From Ostreococcus lucimarinus (lineage: Eukaryota), in the NCBI GenBank assembly GCA_000092065.1, contig CP000584.1: DNA of 64,000 nucleotides. One strand, written 5' to 3'. Every line of letters begins with the position of its first letter. Position 1 is the first letter of the stretch. The notes under the pieces were generated by a model. It did no database searches. It had not been told where the DNA came from and saw only the letters and a program-made list of their open reading frames with translations. Of the stretch, positions 38,901 to 49,500 are shown one piece after another. The translations under genes were made by a program, and so were the position numbers.

Positions 38901-40440
38901 GACTGCGCGACGCGATGCGACCGACGCGCGTCAAAGTGACGCGCTCGGGGCGACGACGACGCGCATCGGGATGACGACGTCGGTGACGCCGGCGCGCGGC
39001 GCGAGGTGTGCGCGAGGTGTGTCCGCGCGCGCTCTGGCGCGCGCAGACGACGCGCGACGCGCGACACACGCGCGCGGCGCGGCGTCGAACGCGATGGATA
39101 AAACGCGCGGCGAAACGACGACGACGACGACGACGAGACGAAGCGGTGGACGACGACGTGACGCGCGAGCGCGCGCGAGCGCAGATGATGTCGAAGAGCG
39201 TGTGACGTCGACGCGTGAAACCACGACGGGGCGGTTCGGGAATGGAAACACGACGAGACGAGACGCGCTCATGGCGGCGGCGAGCGCGGCGGCGCTGCGA
39301 GCGACGGGAGCAAACGCGGCGGATGACGACGCGCGACGGTTGTTCGAGCAGAGGTTCCCGGTGCTGTTTAAACCGTTCATCGGTCGTGGAACGCGCGCGA
39401 CGGTGAAGCGAACGATCGTGCCGGGACAGATGTGGGCGTTTGAACAAAACATCGAGCTCGGCCCGCTCGAGACGACGATTCGATGCGTGACGTGCAAGCT
39501 AAGCGACGGTTCGCTGTGGGTGCACGCGCCCTTAGCGCCGACGGAGGAGTTTTTTGAATTTGTGGAGAGTTGTGGGGATGGTACGAGCGCGTGCGTTCGA
39601 TACGTCGTCGTGCCAACGTACGCGTTAGAGCATAAAATTTTCGCCAAGGATGCGCTCGCGCGATGGCGAGGCGCCAAGTTATACGCCTCGCCGGGGCAGT
39701 TTACGTTTCCCATTCGCGACGTCTCTGACGAAATAGTGTTCGGGAAAAAGGTGGACTTCGTATTACAAGGAAGTGATTTAGACGTGAGATCGCCTGTAGC
39801 GGTGCCTTGGAAGGATGAGATCGAGTTTGAGACGCTCGAAGCGGGAACGTTTGACGTGGGATCGACGAAGCAGACGATTTACGAGACCGCGTTTTTTCAC
39901 AAACCAAGCAAGACTTTGATCGTCACCGACGCCTTGGCGCAGATCCCGATCGACCCTCCGGAGGCGAATTCCGTGGAAAAACTCTTAGTCGTCTCCCAGC
40001 GATCGACGGCGGACCCCGTGCCCGAGGACACGCCCGAGGCGCGTCGCGCCGGGTGGGAGAAAACGGCGTTGTTGGTGAGTTACTTTTTCCCCGAACACGA
40101 AGAGCTCGACCCGGCGGCGCCTGGGACGGTGATTTGGACAGACGGTTGGCACGACAACTTTCAAGCCCTCGCCGGTCGCTTGCTCGTTCCCCCGGTCGTG
40201 CGCACGCTGCTTTACGCTCAAAATCCCAACGCTGTTCGCCGTTGGGTAGCCGCCGTGAGCTCGAGGTGGGATTTTGAGCGCGTCGTCCCGGCGCATTGGG
40301 AGGCGCCCTTGGCGTGTTCCCCCGGTGATTTCAAGCGCGCGTTCGCATTTTTAGACGACGATGCGATCGATGCGTTTCCCGAGGGTGATTTAAAGCGCGG
40401 TTTGCAGCCCGTAGCTGACATAGTGCTGAAGAAAAAGTAG
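38836..40440 (+). CDS. DUF4336-family protein (plant/algal/cyanobacterial), probable plastid-targeted
   Basis: A Ser/Thr/Arg/Ala-rich presequence is followed by a conserved core RFPVLFKPFIGRGTRATVKRTIVPGQMWAFEQNIELGPLETTIRCVTCKLSDGSLWVHAPLAPT...TLIVTDALAQIP. The first ATG is 38836 (the ORF opens at a TTG at 38815). Its 5' end overlaps the divergent methyltransferase start by about 65 bp. Confidence 0.65.
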   Translation: MMRPRTMTSTALAPSSAAAARMTARRDATDARQSDALGATTTRIGMTTSVTPARGARCARGVSARALARADDARRATHARGAASNAMDKTRGETTTTTTTRRSGGRRRDARARASADDVEERVTSTRETTTGRFGNGNTTRRDALMAAASAAALRATGANAADDDARRLFEQRFPVLFKPFIGRGTRATVKRTIVPGQMWAFEQNIELGPLETTIRCVTCKLSDGSLWVHAPLAPTEEFFEFVESCGDGTSACVRYVVVPTYALEHKIFAKDALARWRGAKLYASPGQFTFPIRDVSDEIVFGKKVDFVLQGSDLDVRSPVAVPWKDEIEFETLEAGTFDVGSTKQTIYETAFFHKPSKTLIVTDALAQIPIDPPEANSVEKLLVVSQRSTADPVPEDTPEARRAGWEKTALLVSYFFPEHEELDPAAPGTVIWTDGWHDNFQALAGRLLVPPVVRTLLYAQNPNAVRRWVAAVSSRWDFERVVPAHWEAPLACSPGDFKRAFAFLDDDAIDAFPEGDLKRGLQPVADIVLKKK

Positions 40441-40506
40441 TACACGGTGTGTTTTACAACGCCGGCGTCGCTCGGCTGAGTCAGCATTCTTTCCAGTCAT
40501 TCGCGC

Positions 40507-40562
40507 TCGTTCGTTCCTTCCTTCGTTCGTTCGTTCGTCCGTTCGTTCGTTCGCTCACTTCG
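40507..40562. repeat. (TTCG)n / TCGT-type microsatellite in convergent 3' region
   Basis: The sequence tcgttcgttccttccttcgttcgttcgttcgtccgttcgttcgttcgctcacttcg lies just 3' of DUF4336 (+) and overlaps the 3' end of the minus-strand COX16-like gene. Confidence 0.85.
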
Positions 40563-40833
40563 CGGGATCGTTCCAGAGATTATTCACGTGCTTGCGCGGT
40601 GATCCTTTATCCCAGGACGATCGCCACACCTCTTCGTGTTTCGTCATCCCCGTCGTCCCCGTCGATGCGTTCGATTGCGTCGATGTCACGAACGAGCGGA
40701 ACGCGTAATACGTCGCCACGCCGACGCCCGACGCGACGCACAGCGCGCCAAGACTCGTTCGCGGGAGTTTGAAGAGTTTATGATTACGCGCGTAATCTTC
40801 GTGAATCGTGTGCGCGCGATGTAAATCAACCAT
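40555..40833 (-). CDS. COX16-like small mitochondrial inner-membrane protein (92 aa)
   Basis: The product is MVDLHRAHTIHEDYARNHKLFKLPRTSLGALCVASGVGVATYYAFRSF...EVWRSSWDKGSPRKHVNNLWNDP. It compares with human COX16 [26 protein letters not shown]...DDWKNIRGPRPWEDP. It forms the 3' terminal segment of a long spurious antisense ORF (40555..42591). Confidence 0.45.
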   Translation of the reverse strand: MVDLHRAHTIHEDYARNHKLFKLPRTSLGALCVASGVGVATYYAFRSFVTSTQSNASTGTTGMTKHEEVWRSSWDKGSPRKHVNNLWNDPAK

Positions 40834-41041
40834 GGGTGATGGCGGCTCGCCGACGTCGAGGTGTGCCGACGCCGACGCGGGCCGTTCGCGATGACGATTG
40901 GCCGTCGGCGCCGCGCGGCCGGTCGCACGTCGCGACGCGCGGTGAGGACGACGACGACGGGACGACGGGACGGGACGACGACGACGGGACGACGACGACG
41001 GGACGACGGGACGACGGGACGACGCGCGCACCGCGCGCGCG

Positions 41042-44000
41042 ATGGACGACCGCGCGGTGTTTAAAGATGGCACGAATGCGTCGCGTCGCCGAGGCGAGGA
41101 CGCCGTGGAAACGATGCGCGAGAAGCTGGAGAAGACATCCATCAAAGCGTTGCGAGCGTTGGAGGCGAAAGACGCGGAGATCGCGCGATTGCGCGCGGAG
41201 CTGCGGGCGCGCGAGCGAAGAGAAGGGGCGACGACGGCGTTTGAACGGCGAAGACGCGCTCGACGCGGAGGCGAAGACGAAGGTGAGATGAGCGATGAGG
41301 AGACGTTCGAGGACGAGGATCGGTATCGAAACGCGCGACGCGGTCGAACGTCGGCGTCGGCGTCGGCATCGGGCGCGCGCGTTGGGCAATTGGAACGGGA
41401 ATTGGAAGACGAACGCGCCGTCGTCATTCGTTTGAGGCGAGAGCTGCGCGAGGCAAACGGAAACGCGGAAAGGCTTCGAGAGTCGCACGAAGAAGCGAAG
41501 AAGTTTGCGTTGGCGAGCGAAAAACACGCGGGGGCGTTGACAGAACGAATGCAGCGCTTGGTGTGCGCGCGAGATGAGCGGTGGAGCGAGCGCGAGAATG
41601 CGGCGGATGCCTCGGAGAGAGCGTTGTCGGCTCGCGTCGCCGCGCTGACGGTCGAAAGCGCGCGCGCGAGCGAAGAAGGCGAGCGATGGCGGGTAAAGGC
41701 GCAAGATTTAGAAGAAGAATTACGCTCAATCAAGGCTGCCACGTTCGAAACCGAGATCTTGAATGAAGAGGAGGACGAAGACGCCGGCGCCGCAGAGTCG
41801 GCGCATCGATTGCGCGTTCGACTCGCCGAGACGCGTCTCGCGCTTCGCCAGGCGCTTGCCTCGGATAGCGCTGAAGCGAATACGATGGCATCATCGCAGA
41901 CCAGCGAGCAAATCGGTGATGCGCTCTCGATGATGTCGCAATCATCGAGGATGACAGCGACTAAGAGCGCGCGAGACAACGCCAAACTTGCCTCTGCTGA
42001 AGAGAAAATTTCTTCTCTCAAACGCGTCGTGAAGGAACTTAGAAGTACGAATAACTCGCAAGCGAACGAGCTCGGGCGATTGGAAATGCTATTGAGGGAA
42101 CAAATCGCGTCGAGCAAACTCACGCTAGAGTCCGCGGAGGCGACTTCTGAAAACGCGACACACGAACGGGAATACTTCACCAACACCTTGCGCGAACGCG
42201 AAGAAGAATTACTCGTCTTGAGAGACACTTTATCGGTATTAGAAAGTGATCGTTCGCCTGCGACAGCAGATGGTGATTGGCGGCGAGACGAAATGAATCG
42301 AGCGCGCGAGAAGATTATCGCCCTCGAGACTGAAAATGCGTCGCTCGTAAACGAGAGAGAGCTTCTCGCGGGCGAGGTGCGACAGTATCGCCACGAGCTC
42401 AAGGGTGAGTCGGAGCGCGCGGAGGCGTACGAGAGCATCGCCAAATCTGCGCGCCAGCGCGAAGAAATCTTGTTCGCACAACTCGAGTGGAAAACTGAAG
42501 AGTGCATCGCGTACATGGATGCGGAGCTTGAGCTGCTGAGTCGTTTAGACGACGCCGAGCGAGACAACTTGGATTTGGAAATCAGTCTCAAGTCGTGTGA
42601 GAAAGCGCTTCGACTGCAAGTCGAACGGTTGAGTCAATACAGCGCCACGCAGATCGGAGATTTGAAACGCAAAGTTCAACAGAGCGTGACGGATACCGTT
42701 TCAACAGACGCCGCGGCGAACTTTTGCCGCGGTATCCAAATCGCGCTGCGACAGACAGACGACGGGGAAACCACTGTCAATCAAAGACTTGAAGAAGCGC
42801 TCTTGGATGCGCAGCGCACGATTGCTCTGTTGGAGTGTACGTCTATTAAATACGAGAAGGCTTTTACTTCGGCTATGAGGCACGTGGAGAAGGCGGAACA
42901 TCGCAGCGAGTCGACAAAGACAGCGTTTGATCACGTGTGCGCCATTCTCGAACTTTCTCAAAAGTCGTACGCCTCTCTGAGCTCCAAGGCCATGAGTTCG
43001 TTGGAGAATCGACTCATGACGACGCACGCTCGCAACGTAAAGTTATCACAGATAATTGTGCGAGGCGAAACGGACACGGGCGTCGAGCTTAACGAAATGG
43101 AGGAGGAACTGCGCGATCGCGACGAAAAGATTGAATTAATGAAGGCGCGCATCGACGAGCTCGAAGTCACGGGAAGCGAACTCATTGGCGCTCGCGAGTC
43201 GGCTGCGAGCGCTATGCAAGCCATGTCGGTGGCCCGCGATAAGGCGAAGAAGGAAGTGTTCGAGGAGCAGGATCGCTTGCGCGAAGCCCAGCGCACGATT
43301 GCCGAACTTAACGCCCGCGTTGCGCAGCTTCACGAAGAATTTCGGGCGTCGATATTAGAAGATCAGGCGGACCAATTGCGCGCGTTAGTCGAAGAACAAG
43401 CGCAGACGATCGCATCGGCGTCTATGGAGCTAGAGAAACGAGTGAATGCGGAAACGCATGCGCAGGAGAGACTGGCAGAAATCACACGAGAGCTCGAAGC
43501 GACGCGTGAAAGCTTTGAGCGAGCGACTGCAGAGCTCGAAGAAGTACGGGAATCTCGCGCAAAGCTCGTCGAGCGGACAGATGGACAATCTGAACACCCT
43601 GATGTCGTGACAAAATTGAGCCAGCGCACATCCGAGCTCGAAAAAGCGATTGAGGTTCGAGACGATCGAATCAGAGAATTGGAAAAGTCGGCGCGCTTCG
43701 AGACGGCTTTGGCGACAAAGGGAACGACGGCGACGCTTGGTGCGAAAGTTGATCCTCACGATGCGGAAAGCTTAGTCACTGTCGCGCTCAAAGACAACCG
43801 AGCGGCTGCTGTCGTCGCAGCCGCTGCGCGTGACGAAGTCGATCGACTGAAGGAAGAAATCAGATGGCGTGATGACGCCTTGGCTGCCGTCGGCGCGTCG
43901 ACGACAAATGTCGCGATGGACGAATCCACGCGAACTGAACTCGAAAATATCAAGTCTCTTCTCGAAGGCGCGTTCAAGCAACACGAAGGACGGTTATCAG

Positions 44001-45163
44001 AAACCAATCGCTTGGTCGCGCGCGACACATCGACTTTGCAAGCATACGCCGAGGTAATGACGGCGAGGCTGCTCAACTTGGAAGCCGAAATCGCGGAACA
44101 AAAGCGAAAAGAAGAGGAATGGCAGGCGAGCAACATGCCGGGCGATGATGAGCGTCGCGCGCACGTGGAAAGATGTAAGCGCTACAGAGAGCTCATGCAA
44201 CGCCTGCGTCAGGAGCACGAACGCGAGCGAAATAAACTGTTGGAATTCGTCAAGGAGTCGGAAGCAAAGATTGCCGATTTGACCAGGCGCGTGCAGAGCA
44301 GCTGGGCAGGAGAATCCGAGGCTGAAGTCGCCAATCTCAACGCGCAGCTCGTGCGCGCAAATCAACGAATCGAAGAGCTCGAACGTCAGCTAAAAACCAA
44401 GCAACTCGCCGTCGACGCGACAGAAGGCGGTTTCACTTTGCTCACAGAAGTCGAATCCGCCGACGCAGAACTTCGAGACACCAGCGCCAAGCTCGCGACG
44501 AGCGTCGAAGAAGCCGCTCGACTTCGCGATGAACTCGAACAGTGCAAGACGCAAATCGAGTCGATGAGGGAAGAAACGAAGAAAGCTGTGGAGAAGCAGC
44601 TGACGACCCGATTCCGGCGCGAGCTGGCGAGACACGAAGATGAGATCGAGCGATTGCGCGAACGTTGCTCGGCGTTCGCACCGCCGTGCGCATCCCTGGT
44701 TGAGGCTGTGCGCAAGATGTCGATACGCTTGTTGCGTATGTCAGCCGCTGTGGCGCACATGTCGAGACAAGCCCAAGGCAAGCAGTCGATATCAGAAACC
44801 CTGATGGCGAAAGATGCGAACGAAGTTGCTTCTTTGGTCGGGTTGTCGCTCGAGGAAATCACCTCGGTGTTTGCAGTGCAAAACATTCGTTCCGACGGTT
44901 CCGCGGATGAAGCGAAAACGGCGCTGAGCATGTTGGATTCACCGGAAAATATCGCCGCTGCGATCGCGTGGTGCGAGGCGCGTACCTTGCAACTCAACGA
45001 CGCTTTGACATCGGAGGCTCCGATTGCCGAAGTCTGGAGAGACGATGCACTCGACGCCGTGACGTCGCTCGTGCACGATCAAGCGAGCGCGGCTGAGACG
45101 TGCCTTCGCGAGTCCACGCCCGAACTTCAACGCTGGTGGATGGGATTAGCTACTAGTGACTAG
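41042..45163 (+). CDS. large coiled-coil protein (1373 aa; structural/cytoskeletal-type, function unknown)
   Basis: E/R/A/L-rich heptad-like sequence runs almost the entire ORF (ELEDERAVVIRLRRELREANGNAERLRESHEEAKK...). No enzymatic motifs were found. Confidence 0.7.
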   Translation: MDDRAVFKDGTNASRRRGEDAVETMREKLEKTSIKALRALEAKDAEIARLRAELRARERREGATTAFERRRRARRGGEDEGEMSDEETFEDEDRYRNARRGRTSASASASGARVGQLERELEDERAVVIRLRRELREANGNAERLRESHEEAKKFALASEKHAGALTERMQRLVCARDERWSERENAADASERALSARVAALTVESARASEEGERWRVKAQDLEEELRSIKAATFETEILNEEEDEDAGAAESAHRLRVRLAETRLALRQALASDSAEANTMASSQTSEQIGDALSMMSQSSRMTATKSARDNAKLASAEEKISSLKRVVKELRSTNNSQANELGRLEMLLREQIASSKLTLESAEATSENATHEREYFTNTLREREEELLVLRDTLSVLESDRSPATADGDWRRDEMNRAREKIIALETENASLVNERELLAGEVRQYRHELKGESERAEAYESIAKSARQREEILFAQLEWKTEECIAYMDAELELLSRLDDAERDNLDLEISLKSCEKALRLQVERLSQYSATQIGDLKRKVQQSVTDTVSTDAAANFCRGIQIALRQTDDGETTVNQRLEEALLDAQRTIALLECTSIKYEKAFTSAMRHVEKAEHRSESTKTAFDHVCAILELSQKSYASLSSKAMSSLENRLMTTHARNVKLSQIIVRGETDTGVELNEMEEELRDRDEKIELMKARIDELEVTGSELIGARESAASAMQAMSVARDKAKKEVFEEQDRLREAQRTIAELNARVAQLHEEFRASILEDQADQLRALVEEQAQTIASASMELEKRVNAETHAQERLAEITRELEATRESFERATAELEEVRESRAKLVERTDGQSEHPDVVTKLSQRTSELEKAIEVRDDRIRELEKSARFETALATKGTTATLGAKVDPHDAESLVTVALKDNRAAAVVAAAARDEVDRLKEEIRWRDDALAAVGASTTNVAMDESTRTELENIKSLLEGAFKQHEGRLSETNRLVARDTSTLQAYAEVMTARLLNLEAEIAEQKRKEEEWQASNMPGDDERRAHVERCKRYRELMQRLRQEHERERNKLLEFVKESEAKIADLTRRVQSSWAGESEAEVANLNAQLVRANQRIEELERQLKTKQLAVDATEGGFTLLTEVESADAELRDTSAKLATSVEEAARLRDELEQCKTQIESMREETKKAVEKQLTTRFRRELARHEDEIERLRERCSAFAPPCASLVEAVRKMSIRLLRMSAAVAHMSRQAQGKQSISETLMAKDANEVASLVGLSLEEITSVFAVQNIRSDGSADEAKTALSMLDSPENIAAAIAWCEARTLQLNDALTSEAPIAEVWRDDALDAVTSLVHDQASAAETCLRESTPELQRWWMGLATSD

Positions 45164-45197
45164 GGAATGTATTATTTTCACTATTTTCACTATTTTC

Positions 45198-45688
45198 CTA
45201 CGCTAATTTTCCCGCCTTCTGTAGCGCGATGCGTGCCTCGACCCGCGCCTTCGCGATTTGTGAATTTATCGCCGCCTGTCGCGCCTCGTCCGCTGGCGGT
45301 GGGGCCACGACGGGTTGTTGCGGACCAGCGCTGTGAAACGAGATTCCGTTTCGCTTGGCGAGGTACTTCTCCGTGACCCGCTTCTGTTCATCAGCGAGCG
45401 CACGAGCGAAATCTTCCTCCTCCACTGGCGATTCGTCAAACGCAAATTTTGCCCCAGTGGCGAACGCGTCGCTCGCCGACACTCCATCTCGCGCGCAGGT
45501 CTCCATGAACTCTGGGTTCCTAAAAGTCGATGACGTGAACATCAACGCGCTCGGCGTCACGCCTCGTCGTCTCGCGACGATTAAGAGGTCGTTCACTCTC
45601 TGTTGCGTCGCCTTCGTCTCCTCGCTCGTCTCGCTCGTCTCGCTCGTCGTCGCCCCGTATCTCGCCGCGATCGCCGCCACCCACGCGT

Positions 45689-45774
<86 letters not shown>

Positions 45775-45962
45775 CGATCATCGACGTTCACCCTCGTCGT
45801 CATCGCCGTCGGTCGCGCCGGTCCCACGAACGCATCCTCGCCGTCGCTCGTCGCTTCGTCCGCCGTCTGCCGCGCCGATCCAGCGCGCGCCGGTCCCACG
45901 AAGCCACCGTCGTCGCCGTCGCCGTCGTCGCTGCTTCCGTACTCTCCCACGAACGCGTCCAT
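45198..45962 (-). CDS. HCNGP-like / SAP30-binding-protein-like transcriptional regulator
   Basis: Asp/Gly-rich acidic repeats ((DDGDDGDDDDDG)x2) are followed by TKATQQRVNDLLIVARRRGVTPSALMFTSSTFRNPEFMETCARDG. This matches the HCNGP core (KLQEKIQKLYERKIKEG...KDFRNPSIYEKL). The start is at internal ATG 45962 of ORF 45198..46847. Confidence 0.55.
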
Positions 45963-46519
45963 CGTCGCGATGGGACGGCGCGACGCGTCGGCGGCGTTCG
46001 TCCGAGTGTCGCGGCGCGAACGCGCGACGCGCGAACAAAGGGTCGCGGATATTTTGGTTTTTCGAAAATTCGAATGGATGCGATCAAATCTACGTATACG
46101 GTGTGTAAAAAACGCCATCACGAGTGGATAGGGTTCTGCATCCAAATCTTTAAATCGCGCGGCGCAGCTGTCGACGTTTTGGCGCGCAAGATGACGGATG
46201 AGTTTCGACGCCGCGCCGCACACCTCGCCGCTCGACGAGGTTATAAATCTAAATCTCGAGCGAAACGAACTGCATCGATTCGATCGTGTTCCGCGCGAGC
46301 ATCGCGTCGTCATCCGCGCTTGAGGGAGCGCGCACGGACAACGCGCGCGCGAACGGCGTCGAACGAATTCGCTTGTTCCCCCGATCTCGACACATCGCCG
46401 ATCGCGCGCATCGGCGACGTCGATTTCGAGCGCGTCGCGGGAGTGTTCGGTGACGAACGCGCGCGTGGACGTGAGAACGAACGTCGTTCGTTCACCGCGA
46501 GCGGCGCTCGCGCGAAGGC

Positions 46520-49500
46520 ATGGCTGGGAAACGCGCGACGCCGGTAAAAGATGCGTCGAAAAACAAACCGAAAACGACGCCGGTGAAGAAGTCGACGATG
46601 AAGGCGCCGCGGGACGGGGCGTCGGCGCCGAATTCGCCGGCGGGGCGTGGAACGCCGCGACGAGCGACGGCGAATAAGGCAACAGAAAGAATGAAGGAAA
46701 TGGCTGTGAAGACGGAGGACATGGATGAGGACTACGCGTTCGACGGGGATGACGATTACGCCGCGGCGCCGAGCGCGCCGGCGAGCGGGCGCACGACGCC
46801 GAAGAAGTACAGAGCGCGCGTCGTGGGAGGATCAGCACCGCCGACACCGATGAGCAAGAGGTACGCTAGTAGTGGTTCTTTGATTTTATCTCCGTTGCGC
46901 GCGTGAACAGGACGGCGCGGATGAGAGAAAAGGGGAATCGCGATCAGGGCGCCCGCGGGTGCCCGCGACGCGTTTCCCGCCCGAACTGCGTCGCCGACGG
47001 CAAACGCGCGCCTCACGCGACGTTGACGCGCTTCGGGCGCGTTGAAATCGCGCGTATACATGGATGACTGACGAATATTTTTTCACCTCTTGTTTCATTT
47101 TTAACAGATCTCCGGGTGGTTCTCCGCGCAAGAGCGGAGACAGCGACAGCGGCGCGAGCGGCAACCCGAGAACGCAACTCGCGGAGCATTTGCCCGTGAT
47201 TGCGGATATCGGTGGTATGTTTGCCGATCTTGTTAGTCGTGTTCCGGGCATGGAGAACTTCTTGACGGCGATGAAGCGCCCGTTACGCGTCGCGACGATG
47301 TGCTCTGGCACGGAGTCGCCGCTTCTCGCACTCGACAAGATTGGGGACGCCACGGAAAAACTCTATGGTACGCGTCTCGCCGTCGACCACGTGTTCTCGT
47401 GCGAGATCGAACCGTTCAAGCAAGCATACATCGAGCGTAACTTCGCGCCGCCAATCCTCTTTCGCGATATTCGCGAATTAGGCGGCGACCAGGCGACGAC
47501 GGCTTACGGCGCGAAAATCAACGTGCCGCACGACGTCGACATGCTCGTCGCGGGTACTTCTTGTGTCGATTACTCCAACTTGAACAACGAGCGTAAGGGT
47601 CTCGAGGCACAAGGGGAGTCTGGTCAAACGTTCCGCGGGATGATGAACTGGATCAGAAAGAGCCAACCACCGATCATCATCTTGGAGAACGTGTGCAACG
47701 CGCCGTGGGATCAAGTGCAGAAGAAGTTTGAAGACGAGGGCTACCACGCGCGTTTCATGCGCGTGGACACGAAGCGGTTCTACATTCCGCACACGCGTAC
47801 GCGTGTGTACTTGTTTGCGTGCAAAGCGAGCGATGCATCGCTCGTCGAAGCGTGGAAGGGTATGGTAAAGTCGCTCGAGCGACCGGCGAGCGCGACGCTC
47901 GAAGCATTCCTCTTCGACGCCGACGATCCTCGTGTACACGAAGGTCGACGTATGTTGGCTCGCCCGGGTGAAGATTCGACGCGCGCAAACACTGACTGGG
48001 GACGGTGCGAATCTCGTCATCAACGCGCACGCTTGGAGGAAGGTTTGGGTCAGCGTCGCCCGTTCACGCATTGGGATGGCGGTTGCACGCTCCCCGACTT
48101 TGCATGGAACGACTGGGGTAAGGCTCAGACCGACCGCGTGCTTGACTTGATGGACATCGACTATTTACGCCTTGCGCAACTTGATATTGATTCCATGCAC
48201 AAGACTTTGGTTTGGAACCTCTCTCAAAACGTCGATCGTACCACCGGCTCGGTCGCTCCGGGAATTTGCCCGTGCCTGACGCCATCGATGGTGCCGTTCG
48301 TCACCAACCGTGGTGGTCCTCTCGTCGGCATTGAAGCTCTGAGCTTACAAGGGATTCCGGTCGATGACTTGTTGTTGACCCGTGAAAGCGAGAACCAAAT
48401 GAGCGATTTAGCCGGCAACGCGATGACGACGACCGTCGTCGGCGCTTGCATGCTCGCCGCGATGACTCTCATGACGGACAACCTCGCCGCAAAGAAGCAC
48501 AAGACGGCTCGACGCGCTTTACTGCTTGACGATGATTCCAAGGAGAGCTCGCAAACTATGCAAGGCTCGCTGACAGTCGTTCAAGCTGCTGCGGCTAAGA
48601 AGACGGAGGTCGTCGGGCAAGACAAGTTGGTGAAGCGTCCCCTCGATCTCGGCATGAAGCCAGTCGGGATGAAGGAGCTCCTCAGCAAGGCGAACAGATC
48701 TGCGCGTTTGTGCGTGTGCGAAGGTGAAACTGGCACCACTGATGCGGATTCTCTCGTCATTTGCCGTGACTGCTCTCACACGTGCTGTATCAAGTGCTGC
48801 GGGCGACCCGAACACAACTACGAGAAGCACGTCGTCGATCGCATCTTGCCGGAGGATTTCAAAGAAGACTTGAAAAACTCTCTGCCGATGCACATGAAGT
48901 TGGATGTGAGCTCGGCCAAGTTTACGAAACCGAAAGAACTTCTTGGTAAAGTGTGGGACGACTGGATGGACGCGATCAAGGCTATTGGGGAAGCTGATTT
49001 CTTGTTCCGAGGCATGAAGCGAACCAACGTCTGGCGCGTGTATTACTCGTGCGCTTCTGAGGACAAAGTACGCTTGGAATTGCGCATCGCTCCTAACGCG
49101 GCCGAGTGGTTGATCTTCGTTGATCCTTCCATCAAGAAGGGCAAACCGGAGGAGTTCCATGAACGCCCGTTGATGCGTATGCTCTTGGACAAGTCGGCGA
49201 AGAGCGTCTTGGACGGCACGTGGGAGTTCTTCTCGCCAGAGTACGCCGCGGTGCCGGTTATTCTTGAAGGTAAGGGCGAACTCGAAGATTCTTGGCAGAT
49301 CAAGCTCGGTATGTTGACCAACAGCAAGCTGAACGGTGACGTGAATTGGCCGGAGGAACGTTGGACTCAGTACGAAGTTAAGCTGAAAGATCCGAAGAAC
49401 GCGACAGAGTTTGATCGCAGCATCACCGGCACCTACCAGCTTTATGACAAATGCGACGCCGCTCAAAGTTCATTGCACAAGCGCATTGGTGGCCCGCAAA

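Noticed and set aside
40555-42591. 678-aa Ser-rich minus-strand ORF
   Set aside because: It is an antisense translation of the E/R/A-rich coiled-coil gene. Only its 3' terminal 92 codons are plausible as a separate COX16-like gene.
47064-47107. ORF-track start codon of the DNMT5 ORF (MTDEYFFTSCFIFN...)
   Set aside because: This stretch is a pyrimidine-rich tract ending in a CAG acceptor. It is better explained as the 3' end of an intron, with the real start in the upstream basic exon at 46520.
22608-47107. Possibility that the three predicted introns are copies of a repetitive 'introner' element
   Set aside because: The three intron sequences (22608-22786, 24957-25296, 46861-47107) share no visible sequence similarity beyond GC-richness and splice signals.
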